In this document: positions 41,101 through 54,467 of the stretch, piece by piece
How the letters are laid out: every line of letters starts with the position of its first letter
How positions within the stretch are numbered: position 1 is the stretch's first letter
Source: Trichoplax sp. H2
Lineage: Eukaryota
Assembly: GCA_003344405.1 (NCBI GenBank)
Contig: NOWV01000183.1
Location: forward strand, 1 to 64,000
Reading direction: 5' to 3'
DNA length: 64,000 bases
Program-made: the position numbers and the translations under genes
The notes under the pieces: generated by a model
Database searches by the model: none
Told to the model about the DNA's origin: nothing
Seen by the model: the letters and a program-made list of their open reading frames with translations, nothing else

Positions 41101-44100
41101 TAGAATTTTTGAATGATGATGAAGTCATCAAAGAACTTTTTTCAAAGTTTTTAACTGCATTTTATTTCTTCTTAAGATTTAAAGTTTGTATAATTATTTT
41201 TATCTTTGAAACTATGAATGGAATGAATATTTTTTTATTTATCTAAGAGAGAAATACCTGCACTTGTCTTAAATTATATTATATTAGAAGAACACCTGGT
41301 GCATTTGTTATATTAAATACCGGCTATTGAGCTTAATTACAGTCATAGTACACCACTGATGATATTCCTTGTGATCATGATAGCCCATTCATTCCCTTAA
41401 ATGCTGTATTAAACCACAAATTGGAACTTAAATGACTTCGTGAAATCGAAACCTAAGCCACATTTGAACGGATGCTCTATCATCACCCACGCTTTAATTC
41501 TCACTTCTGTCTATTCAATTAACTTTTTATTCATTAAGGCTCAAGTAGATTGTATTACCGGACCAAATCTCTTTAGAAATAAATAGGTATTGCCTTGGTT
41601 TAAGTCAAAAACGATTCAGCAACAATACTTAACGTAGAAAATGGATATTTTACGCAAGCGGGATGATGATATACAGAACTGCAGTTAATAATAAATTATT
41701 TACGTGAATAGAATAAAATTTAAATTTATTATCTGATATCAGAGTAGATTTGCTTAGCAGCTTTGCTATGTTATTCTTCGATCCATGAATCTTTCTACAA
41801 CTGCCAATTAAGCCTATTTATTCAAAAATATGAAAACTTCGAGACTAAGTTTTGTATGACTTGCACGCGAGTATAAATATCTTCCTCGCATATTTTACGG
41901 ATTGTCTTACGAATTGCTAGCAGCCGCTACTACTATTTACTATACACGATAGTTTTTTTTGTTACTGTTCTTGCAGTATTCCTTTTTTATTCCTTCCATT
42001 ACTTCCTTACCTCACTATAGCTATCAAATTAATGAAAAATTCGAACAAGACAAATAATAGTCTTTAATTTATTTCAGGTATATTTCTACATTCATGATTG
42101 TTAAAAGCACTTTTGTAACATAGAAACTGCTTCCAACGGCAATTAAATACAGACGCCAGTCTTCACTAAAAGATTAAAACTAAACCTCTTCATGTTATAA
42201 AAAGTAGCTCGCGCTTATATCTTCTTTTTATTTACGAGCTGCTATAGTATATGTATACGAGTTAATGGAGTTAATACTGATAAACAATATCAGCTATCGT
42301 GTATTCTTCGATCGAAATTAGCCTAACTTTAAGCTCTACTTTAAATAGGTTAGAGCACGAATGTAGCATGACATTAACCATGATCAGAGCACGATCTAAC
42401 CTTTGAGTTCTCTTCTAAATTAGGTATCTAATTAACTGTTAACAATCTACACATACCTGTATAGCATAACTAGTCATAATACGAGTACCATGACAATGAT
42501 ACCTTATTACGATATTAATTATGATTTCAGAACAATTTTAATGTAGAACTCACGTTGAAAGAACTCATTTTGATTAAGCAATATTGACTTTCAATGAAAT
42601 ATGCGTATTTAGATGATGAGATTATTAATTTAGAGAAATTATTTCTTAAAATTCTGTTTTGCTAACAGAAATAGTTTTATTACGTATCAGTAGTATGATA
42701 GCTGGTAGCATAATAAATACTTCTTTTCCTTAACATTAGTCGTTATGACATAACTAGTCGTAACATCTACAGTATCTAAACGGTTCGTTTTTTTATACTT
42801 TTGACGTTACTCAAAAGCAAAAAGCTTATGCAACAAAGCATAATTCAGCCAATATCTTAAAATCGTTAATTATTGATATCTCTAGTTAACAAAAGTTACA
42901 TAAATTCAATAGCAATGATCTGATCCTAAAAGCTGGCTTAATTACATAATGAACATAAAGTTCTTTATGCAAAACTTTGAATTTATATACCTGCATGTGC
43001 ATTAAAAGATTTTATCTTTATTTTCTTTGTAGCCAGTATAGTTACTTAAATTAATTATCTATAAAATTACTGTTAAATCGTTTTCAGCCTAAAAACTAGG
43101 CGTTGCCAGATTATATTTTCGAATAGCCATTTATCTTGAAAATGAAAATGAAAATGAAATTTATTCGGGGCGTTAAACTATATTTCAATTTCCATTCATT
43201 TTTTTGGTTACTATTATAACTCAAGAAGTCTATCTTAATGATAAGTATTGTAAGCAAGTTTAATACATGCATCGCTTGGATAATCTTTAATAAATAAGTC
43301 AATAGAAGAAATACTGGCGGCAGGCCACGCTTCATTTTGCATAGCTTATTCTTTTAGGTAATAACTAAAATATAGAGATTTTTTATGATAATTTGAAAAA
43401 GATTCCTTTACAGCAAGCGGTAAGTGATTATTGATCGCCTTTAATATATTATTGTATCTGATGAAACAAAGATGTTTTCTAGCCAGTTAATATAATGATA
43501 TGATGAATTCTTAAGGTATTTATATTTTACATTTCTAAATCACTACCATATGAATTATAAATGTCTGGTTTGGCAGCAGATGTGAGATCTTATTATCTGG
43601 CTTTCATTGTGAAGCTGTAATGACTTACAAAGATTTAAATGAATACAATGCAATATTCCTATATATTGTATAGTTTTAATCTAAATCTAGAACAAAAATT
43701 GTTTATATCTTTTATCATTAATGAACCGAAAACTTTGTTTTGCTAGCTTATTATTTTGAGACAAATGATTTTAACACTCAAGATCTGAAGTAGCTTACGT
43801 AGGCTCAGACGGTTTATTTTGCTAGATAAAATTCTTAGGACATTAATGAGCCGATCAAAATAATCATATAGCAATGTATAGCGCTAATTTATAATAATAT
43901 TTAAATATGATGCCTTTAACTGACAAAATTGTAATTCAGATTACAAGTAATATCCGAGCTTTAGTAATTTTTAAATCAAAAAGATCTGATTTCTTATATT
44001 GTATCAGCCACCTTTTAAAATGTAATCTTCCAATATTTAAATGCATACGTTCAAATCATTGATAAGCTTTCTAACCTTTAACATTTTGGAGTAATCCCCT

Positions 44101-47100
44101 TAGCTAGGTTATTTATGTCATATCAGTAAGTCAATTACATTACTTTTAAGTTTTCAAATTGCTATTAAGTCTGCATGCTACATTTCAACAATAAATATGA
44201 CAATCAATAAATGAACTTCAAATTTTCAAAATTAGTATTAAGGACCTGTATTACAATTTCTTTCACAAACTTTTCTTTTGTAACTTTATGAGCGATACTA
44301 GTCTACTAGAACAGTTATGCTTCCTTTTTACTGAAGGACATCTACTGGAAGATAGAACCACACAAGTATAAAGCAGTTCTAATATTAATAGTTAATTAAT
44401 TTTATTAGGCTTTCTATTAGTAACTAATGGAAAACAAAATCAATACGGTATCACGTACATCACTCCGTGATAACCCGATAAGTGTTTATTCTTGATTTAA
44501 GTTCACTCTTCACCTGTAATATCAATACGGTCTTCAATATTGCTAGAGTTGTATAAATTCAAAATAACTGGGCAACAATCAGTAGCATGTTGCATTTTCG
44601 AATTTTTGCATGCAATTGCAGTGCTGCACAATATATCTTAATTAGAATTTTCCGATGTAGTTTACTTTAAATAAAAACAAAAGCAAAATAGTGCAGCTGA
44701 ATCTAAATGTAGCTCATAGATGATCATAAGCTAAGGCATTTATAATTTCCTACGAGCTTTATTCAAAATATTGGCTCCAGATATAAAACATCAATAATTA
44801 TGATTTTAATGGACGTTTATAGCTTCCTATCAAGTTGTTTCAAAAATATACTTCCCTGATTATTCATCAAATAGAAATATTGCTATGGTTTTTAATTGAG
44901 ATTTATTCAGTTCTTGAATTAAGAAACTGCCCTCATTAATGTCAATCTTACTTGATCGTGTAAAAATTTTATTGGCTGTTAATTAAAAAATATTATCACT
45001 ATATAAATTTTTCGAAGCGAACTCTTTAACGTTGTAAAATGACTTTCAACAAGCCACTTTAAGGAAACTGCGAATTTGTAAAGTTAGCATGAGTATAATT
45101 TAAGCTTAAAGTATTTTATGAAATCAGAGATTTTTCGTGAATATCAAAATAAAAATACCATGATTTTAATTTTTAAAGTCAGGCTGAGAATTCCTTCATG
45201 TCAATATATATAGAATAGCAGATCTTTCAGCATTGGATAACTTAACAAATAGTTTGCTAATCAATAGCCAAATGCAAAGCAATGTTATAAACAAGGAATT
45301 ATTGAATGAAAGAAAATTAAAGTTTAAAATAATAGTCTGTCTAGTTCCGGAGAACTTGCTTTAGTAATAGGATACCACACTTCCAATTTCAAATATTATT
45401 CCCAGTCAATAAGCAAACAACAGTATCTATACCTAACTGATTACTTTGTACTTATGCTGCTATTATTCGCTTCATCGATTTCTTTTCTTTGTTTCCTTTT
45501 CTGTATGATGCGTTTTATTCGTATTCATGCTATTATTGCCGCCTATCGTTTCTTAAACTCATTACAGCTTTTATTTACAGCTGCAAATCTTAGACTCCAA
45601 TATTATCAAAGATTATTATAACACTTCCGCTCCAGATTCTGAAGGACAGCCCTTAAGTCTTATTTATCGTATTTAATTAAAAGGGTTATTAAAACCTAAA
45701 ATGTGGATCTTATAATATCAAATCTTTATTGACCTCTACTTTAGCTTCGGCATTATTTAGATTGCGATCTTATTGAGTGGATTAACCCAGAATGTCGAAA
45801 TAAATCAAAACAAATCTATTTTAAGAATAGCATCAGAGTGTAGCATAACTTTACTACCTATCGCTAACTTTCATCTCTTACCTTCAACATGCACTCGGAA
45901 CTTATATAACAGTAACTGAAGTAACGTCTGAATAATCACAATATGTTATCCAAGTGATTACTGCAGTAAATACTAGGTCTTAAATAATTCCTTATTCTAT
46001 TATTTTCCTAAATGTGAAATTGAGGTCCCTTCTCGAACAACAGAATACTGCCTATTCAGAATTCATTTACAAGGATTACGTCAAAAGTAAATATTGCTGT
46101 CGAGCTGTGTCAATTATGAAATTTTATAAGAACACATTTTAAGCAAGGTAATACTCTCATCGATAACTTATCAATGCCTGCATATAACTCTATTACTCAA
46201 TCTGTAGCACGTAAAATTAATTAAAAACAGACTTAGGGATTAGAATAATAACTTTATTCTAAATACTAAATGTCTGAGCACTTTTGTATTGATAATTATA
46301 AGGATTCGCAAAGAAAGTAACCGATTAAGACATCTTTCATTTATTAAAATTACTATATTTATTATATCATTCCTCTGTTGATCTAAACGAAAAAATTGCA
46401 CTCTGAAGCTGAGAAATTCCTGATTAAAAAGCGCATTTATATAGGCATATTTTATATTTAATTGTAACATCACGAATTTATATCTACCAACTGGTATAAA
46501 GCTATATACTCCTCAATTTCTTTACTGTTTCCTATTTGATGACTGATGTTCCAGTAATTAAGCATATTCATTGCCATTAGACGGTTTTAAATAATAAAAT
46601 CACTTTAGACGTTAGCTTAGCATACCAAAATTCTATATTAGAAATGATACCATTTTCCAGTGGATGATATAACATTAGTAATCATTTCAACTCCTGCATT
46701 TCAAATTTGACAAGAATATAAAAGCAGAAAATTTTATAATCTATAATCAAATATTAGATTAAGCGAATAACGACCTAATTAATTAGGAATTGACATAACC
46801 TTTACAATATTTTAATTTGGCAGTAGCAACAATTTCAAAACCCAGAAAATAATCCACTAGTCACTGTTATCTATTCAAACTCCGGCTGTCTGTCTTACAT
46901 TTATACATTGTCAGCTAATGCTGTTCTAGCAATTAAGCAATTATTGCCTTTGCTCTCCTGATTATCATATTTTAGGTCGGCCATATTTAAGGATACTTTC
47001 GGGTCATAATAATTACCGCACTACGTTTAAACTATACAATGCACGGTATCAACTTGGCATCTGTTATAGTCAATAGGGTTTAGGAACTTCAGTATAAGTA

Positions 47101-49364
47101 TCGGGGCGTCTAATGTAATAAACTATTCACCAATACAGTAATCCCTAGAAGTGCAAGTTAACAAACATGCAAGATTTCCGAAACCGATTAAAATAAGTAA
47201 ATTTACTTTGATAGAAATGCTCTCTATCGTGATCTAAAGATCATCAATAGTATAAGAGTAGGCTACGACAACTTCAGCTTTCCTCGAAACTAGTTATTTG
47301 GTGCAGTAATACTCTCAATCTTGCAAAAATGAAATAGATGTAATGCGGTGTATCAATTAAGCAAGTTAAGGCAATTGATTTACGGAATAGAATTAATAAA
47401 GGGTGTATATGCCTTTATTAGCTATCTCGTTATATCAAAGTTGCTGTGGTTAGGGATATTTGTGACAAATTTACAGTAATAAATAACTGAAGAGCAAGCG
47501 TGAGGCAATTCATGCATAAATCGTTGTACACGTTGATGAATCATAAATATATTTACTTTTAAAAGCCGACCAAGAATACGCCAAAGTGCGAAATAACAAG
47601 AAATGCCACAACAGCTGCTTCTAGCAAATCAGCTTAAAAAATTAGTGATACTTTCGCGTTAGCTTAATAAACTTTGCATTATCTAACTGCCACTCATTAT
47701 CATTGACAATATAATTTCGAACCTATTGCTGTATACTCCACGTTGTGCAGTAGATTCTTTTAGCTAATAAACGCAAAAATTAACATAACGATAGAAGAAA
47801 TAAGAGTATTACTACAATTTTATAAAATTACAACAAACTATGCTGTTCGTGATAATCAGAATATTGATTTTTCGAGTATGAGTGATAGAATACGAACAAA
47901 ATTTTGTGCGTTTATAAGCGTTCAGAATTCTCTAGAATATTTATTGCGTAAAATATGTCGAAACAGTATTAATGAAATCTACACTATTCTATGAGATAGA
48001 TACACGAATATGTGTAAGTCATATAGATAATGTATAAAGTCCGAATAAAGTAATGCCTCTTATTGACATGCTTATCTCCTTACTTATCTCTCTATTTCGA
48101 GCTCCCTATCACAGAACTAAGGTAATATTCGTACATTGATATGTAAAATATGCTTTTCATTAATATTTTTCCAGTATTCAATGGTACTTCTTGTCTGTTT
48201 AATTCAAATCTGTCAATACCCTAGGATAAGCAATTTTTTTGTTACACAGTATTAGCGTTGAATGAAGCAAAGTTTATACTCGCGCGATAGCATATTTCGT
48301 AGAAGTAAGCCTTTAAATTTATGATTATTATAAATTCATGATTGGCGCTATTTTTGAACTGGGCGATGCACGAAAGAATTAAAAAGAAAAGATTGCTGTC
48401 GTAAGATAAAGATAGTTAATAGCCATAGGCGAAATGGCATAACTAAACACATTATCTGAAATATAGCGACGGAAAAATTCGGCCTTTGCAAAGTTAAAAG
48501 CCAGTAACTCAGTTTCAGCTAGGTAATTGCTAGTTCCTTAATGACATATATCATTAAATTACAAGTAGTATTGCAATTAATGATGTAGATGTGTTGTATT
48601 TTCAGTACATTGTAACTTGTTTAGAGCAGTTATTTTAGGTATTTCAGCTAGCTACATCGAATCAAACCTTCGTGATTTATAAATCACTAATGAATTCATC
48701 TTTATTTAGCCCTAACCTCCTCGCCCTAATATTTTTTACGATCATAATTGAATGAAATCTTTATACTCAACACTAAGAATTATATTTCCAGTTTACCCAG
48801 ATATATACTCGCATATAAAACTTGTAATCTTTGCGAGCGAGATCATATTGATACGCGTATCATACAGCTATGTATAATTCTACTTTTCAGGAATCGTCTT
48901 TTCATGCTATTATTACGCTAATAATGTTACTTTATATAGACTATGCATGATTTGAAGGTCATTTTGGTAATTGTAGCACCTAATTTACTGATTATTTGCT
49001 ATTTCGTGTGTCCAGCAAGTGTATCAGATGTTGATTCATTCCTATTCTACATGTGCAGATGGATTTCAAACTCTTTATGATCGTTTTACCACAAACATCT
49101 ATATCTAGCTCGAGGGTATTTAGTTCGTTTCGATTTAATTCCATTTAATGAAATATTTTAATAATACACAGGCATAAAGTAAAGTATTTTGAAATCGAAG
49201 TAACAGATCATCATGGTAATATTTTTACAGGTAACAAATCAATATCATTACGGAATTATGGTGTACTAGCAACAGAATTTAAAAGTAGAATAATGCAGAT
49301 CAAGGTTTGGGAGTTGAGCAATCTTCTCTTCTGCTACTCAATCAATTACATTCGGGCGTTTAGC

Positions 49365-49782
49365 TAGCTAAAAATCTTTCCTTCCTTCAAGAGCCAAAAT
49401 AGGTTCTTTTGCATGAGAGTTGAGTGATCTTGTCACGACGGCCAATTTACGTCTAATCTTCGAATAACTCGCCTCAAATCTCTTACCACTTGGGGTTACA
49501 GGTGAATAGATTTCCTTGACTTTATCTCCTTAGTAGGAGATGTCCTTTGCTTTTTCAGGAAACATCTTCGTGCTGTAATGGCTCAGAATCTGCTCATCTT
49601 GCCAACACCTTCGAGTTGCCTGCGTACTCCTTTCTGATATCACAGTCAAAGCCTTTGTTGAGCTAGGCGATTTTTATGAGATTGTCCTTAAATTTCGCCG
49701 ACTTCTCATTCAGACCTAAAAAGATAAAATTTCTTTCTGCTTGCTGTTGATCGAGGTAATTGAGATTGATGTTTGAAATGCA
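49365..49782 (-). mobile_element. Decayed non-LTR retrotransposon ORF1-like remnant (L1/CR1/L2-type RRM region)
   Basis: Locally higher GC. The minus strand reads NLNYLDQQQAERNFIFLGLNEK (resembles the ORF1 LEQ..R..N..I.G..E motif) and, after stops and frameshifts, QDHSTLMQKNLFWLLKEGKIF (resembles E.LT...K.LF...W...GKIF). Confidence 0.5.
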
Positions 49783-50845
49783 TGATCCTCTTTAATTTTT
49801 TGTTGCTAATTATTATAGAGTCTCTACATAATAAAACACACGCTCTGATATTTTGCTTATGCAGTGTTGAAGAAGGAGGGTACGTAGTAATTAGAATTGC
49901 TTTAGTTTAGTGAATGCCTGTGATGACCGAATAATAATCTTTTACTATTACCATAAGTTCGCGACCTCTAACTCTTAAATCTGAGTTATTTAACTTGAGT
50001 AAGCACTTATGATATGCAATAAACCGTCACAACCGAGAGAGCAGTTTTAAAAGTACGTTTATTATTCCATCTGTCCGTGAGAGTGAATTCAATTTTCATC
50101 TCTCATATAATCAGTCGAAAGCGGCTAAGATAAACCGGATAAACGGACTTCGATTATTTTTACAAGCAATCATTTCCATACCAAATCATATAGTATAAGC
50201 TTACATCCTATAGTTAACGTATTAATCTAATACTGTTAAAAACCAGAAATTGACCCTGGTTAAGATGAACCGGATAACTTTTAACGCGTGACCAATAGTT
50301 TATCAATATCTATGTTAGGACGATACGTTACACACATATATATATATGTTACATATATATAGCTATCATCAAAATAGCACAAATTAACATCATTGAAATC
50401 ATTACAATGCCATTCATGGCTGTGTAAAGACTTAGCATGATGGAATACTGAAAATGGAGTAGACATACATATCAGGTAAGGAACTGTACAAACATTTAAC
50501 TATGAATGAATGGTGGGGCCTACAGTGAACGTCATGAGTTAAAAATTGATCGGTTTTACTATGGAAAATTGAAGTACTATGAAGAAGCATTTTCACACTT
50601 TTCCACTTTGCTCAGAGGACCCACAAAAATTTGGCATTCAAATGTCTAAGATCTTCTAAATTCTAAATGTCATCTTACTCGAATTAGTATTTGACTACTT
50701 TAAGCTAGAAGATTTAAGATTAGGGTATTTTTGCAAATCGTAAATCAATGGATAGTACCAAACTTTCGGATGAATATCAATAAAATATAAAATAAATTAA
50801 GCCTGTAGGTATGTGATACATAAGGTATAGCGATGCAATATGTAC

Positions 50846-51756
50846 GTAATTGGCTAAGGTAACGGTTTATTATCACGTGCTAATCGATTTTTTGTCAACT
50901 GATTGTTATGATACATAAATTTTTGCCATAACAATCGCTTAATATTGAAAGTATATCCTTGCAAATATTTAATTTTTTTTAGCTGAAGGTTTTGAACGTT
51001 CTAATTAATATCGGAAATAGAGTAAGAAAGTCCTCGTGTCAAGTATTGAATATCATCAAATGTTGGATATAAAGCAAAAAAATGGATTACATAGGTATAT
51101 TATTGTTACGGTTTAAGATATTATGTGACAATGTTATTGAAGAAGAAATAGACGGTTACGATTAGATAATCATAAATATTATGAGCTGTTAATATTGTGA
51201 GATTCAATCGTTAATGGACTTCCATTAACGAATGTGTAGAAGTAAGGTACTTAATATGCCAATGACGTGTAATAACCAAAATGGCGGTTGTCACACTTGT
51301 AGGGAATCTGTTAGATCTTAAATTGTTAATTGGCGCTATAATATTATTAGCGCATAATAATATCAATTATCACATATTTGTTCGATAGTAATTAATAGGA
51401 TTACAAAGTTATAGAAAAGACTAAGTTATGCATAAGAATAATTAACAGGTGGAAAAGGTGTAGATCTGATACAAGTATATAAGAGGTTGTAANNNNNNNN
51501 NNNNNNNNNNNNGTAATTGGCTAAGGTAACGGTTTATTATCACGTGCTAATCGATTTTTTGTCAACTGATTGTTATGATACATAAATTTTTGCCATAACA
51601 ATCGCTTAATATTGAAAGTATATCCTTGCAAATATTTAATTTTTTTTAGCTGAAGGTTTTGAACGTTCTAATTAGTAAGAAAGTCCTCGTGTCAAGTATT
51701 GAATATCATCAAATGTTGGATATAAAGCAAAAAAATGGATTACATAGGTATATTAT
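50846..51756. other. Assembly gap (N 51493-51512) flanked by duplicated allelic sequence
   Basis: 50846-51103 is repeated at 51513-51756 with a 14-bp indel (aatatcggaaatag). Confidence 0.92.
51104..51492. mobile_element. End of a haplotype-specific insertion, LTR-like
   Basis: The two allelic copies diverge exactly at ggtatattat|TGTTACGG versus ggtatattat|atttatt. The insert starts TGT, has a TATA-like tatataag near 51476 and runs into the gap. Confidence 0.6.
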
Positions 51757-52059
51757 ATTTATTAATAATAGCTGAAGTATGAATCTTGAGGTTAGCTCAT
51801 TTTAAGATTTAAAAGAATAACTTCTATGAGTGTTATATCAGATAAATAATTAACTTCTGAAACGAAGATAAACCAGATTAGGACCCAAATAATGTATCTA
51901 GCCGTCGGTCTTACCGCATTGGTAATTTCTTGAATATTGTACTTAATATCTTGATCAAATCATTAGGTAGATATCACAACGTGCCGTTGAAAGTAGTATT
52001 ATCGAATGGCAATAATTATCTCTAAGATGATTTAATATTAAAAGGTGCGAAGAAAACTC

Positions 52060-53111
52060 CTCTTATGAAATTCTGCGAGATTAGTAATATGAAAAGAATA
52101 ATACAGGTCATAATAAACTTGAAGTGTTCAATAAGCAGATAAATGTGAACATTACTGCATCAGAAATCAATAACACCTTAATGACTATCGTAGATTAATT
52201 AATACTTTATTAGGTGTAGTAAAAGGACTAAAAGTAGAGTCCTTTGTAGTTTTTTTTGTATGTAATTAGTATTATTTTACTATACAAAATATCTAGAAAG
52301 TGATTTTACAAGGTATTATATAGATTACTATACAAGTAGCCCTACAGAGCAAATGCCTAATCTAAAGAAAGGGCGTTTGATCGTCTATTCAAATTGTAAA
52401 GAAATTTGACTTAGTAGCAAAACCCTATACTTAGAGAAAGGGGATTTATAACATGACGATAAAGTACTGTAATGTAGTCTATACTCGTACAGTTACAGTA
52501 CAATCTGACGCTAAAACATCAACTGTCAATACTCGCCAATACTAAGCGATACTAATGTCAGAAAAGCAGTCGTAGTAGTCATATAAATTTTTTTGATAAG
52601 CGATTACTGTGATCTTCATAAAAAGCGAATTTTTCCGGATTTGTGTCCGATATAGTTTTCGGATTCTGGGACCGGTCGGGTTTGTGTCCGATATAATTTT
52701 CCTGTTTTGGAACCGGTCGGGTTTATTTTTAATTTATGTCTGAATTATAATTTTTCTGTTTTAATTTTTGGATTTTTGTTCATGAAAAATATCGTAAGAG
52801 TTGATTTTTGAGATTTGGACTTTTTGTTATGAATTTGAAACTTTGGAATTTTATGACGTGACTTGAAGTCACATTAGGAGATTTAGTGAGGAAAATAGAA
52901 AATAAGATGGAAATTGGCAGAGGTTGTGTTGATNNNNNNNNNNNNNNNNNNNNCTCTTATGAAATTCTGCGAGATTAGTAATATGAAAAGAATAATACAG
53001 GTCATAATAAACTTGAAGTGTTCAATAAGCAGATAAATGTGAATATTACTGCATCAGAAATCAATAATACCTTAATGACTATCGTAGATTAATTAATACT
53101 TTATTAAGTGT
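52060..53111. other. Assembly gap (N 52934-52953) flanked by duplicated allelic sequence
   Basis: 52060-52217 is repeated at 52954-53111 (158 bp, 3 substitutions). Confidence 0.92.
52215..52933. mobile_element. End of a second haplotype-specific insertion (TGTAGT start, internal 41-bp tandem repeat)
   Basis: Allelic copies diverge after ttatta(g/a)gtgt. The insert contains the 41-bp repeat tttgtgtccgatata...accggtcggg at 52640-52680 and 52681-52721, plus a degenerate third unit near 52733. Confidence 0.55.
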
Positions 53112-54467
53112 GCATGTATATCATATGCGCTAAGATTTTAAGATATAGTTAATTTTTCATTTGTTAAGTTACTAGAAATGCTATGTTGTTCTGTAGACAC
53201 CAATAGTTAAACATTTGCATGCGAGAATTCTTAATTTCAAAGAAATTATTAATTTTCGGAGTTTACTAGCTTTGCAATAATTTAATTGAATTTATATTAT
53301 CAAAGTAGTGCCCATTATTTATAGCGTGAAATATTTAGTCAGAAAAATATCTAATTTTTGCTTAGAATGTAAATATGTAGCGTATATTATGGAAATTATG
53401 CATTTATGCATGTAGAAACAGAATCTATCCGACGATTAATGGTAACTGAATCCATTCAAATTCATGTCCGGTATAACAAAGTAGAAGAAGCAAATTTTAA
53501 TTCACAACGCAACTTTACAGCAAAATGATAGCTTCTATACCCCATTTGCAATACTCCTATTCATATAAACGTATATCGGGATGCATATGATTGATAGAGC
53601 ATATTATTATCACTTCATAGCTAAATGATAAGATACGAATATATCCAATCTAGATATCATTAATTTCAAAGATTGTAATTGACCCTACTCGGTAATTGTT
53701 ATTATATGAATATTTAAAAGCCTGTTAATATAATTTGTAAAATCAGTTTAGATTACGGAATTGATTGAAGAAACATGAATGAATAAGATTGCTTGTGGTC
53801 TATCTTTCCATAAATGTGATGAAAGTAAAATTATTTAAAGTAAAAATATTTAAAGTTGCATGCTCATTGAATCTATTTCACTTATTGCCTTGATTATACT
53901 TTGAATTAATAAAGGGCCTCAGAATGTTTCGTATTAATTAATTATTATTCCCAAAATTTAAGTAAATCAATCAAATGGGATATCTATAAATGATTGCCTT
54001 TTAGTGATTTTTATTTCGTTGAGAGTAACTGTGTTTGAGTTATATAATTTTTTCACGCGAAGTTTTTAAAGCCAGCTGAGTAAGTGAGAAATCTATGAAT
54101 TCTTTTTATGTAAACTGATAGTTAGCCATCTAATGTTAATCTATCTTAGTTGTATGCACTGGCATCAAATAAGAGCTATATTTTCAAAGCCTTCTAGCAA
54201 TTCCAAGTTGACGTTACTAAAATTGACTAAAGAAGTCTCTGTAACTTAAGAAAAACAGTCCTATCAGCAGTCCTATTCAGATAACTAGTCCATATAACAT
54301 CAGTAAGGAAAGCATCAACAAATTAATATTTTCTCTGTAAACTTCCTTGTATTGACCAAAATCTTTATTTTTAAAGTTGACAATTTAGTATAAATATCCT
54401 AGTGGATTCCAATTATCGCCTTTCTTTTACATTTACGGTAGATGCTAAATAAAAAGTAAAAGAAAGC

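Noticed and set aside
50846..53111. True tandem segmental duplications
   Set aside because: Both duplicates begin exactly at N gaps and differ by SNPs or indels, which fits uncollapsed haplotypes better.
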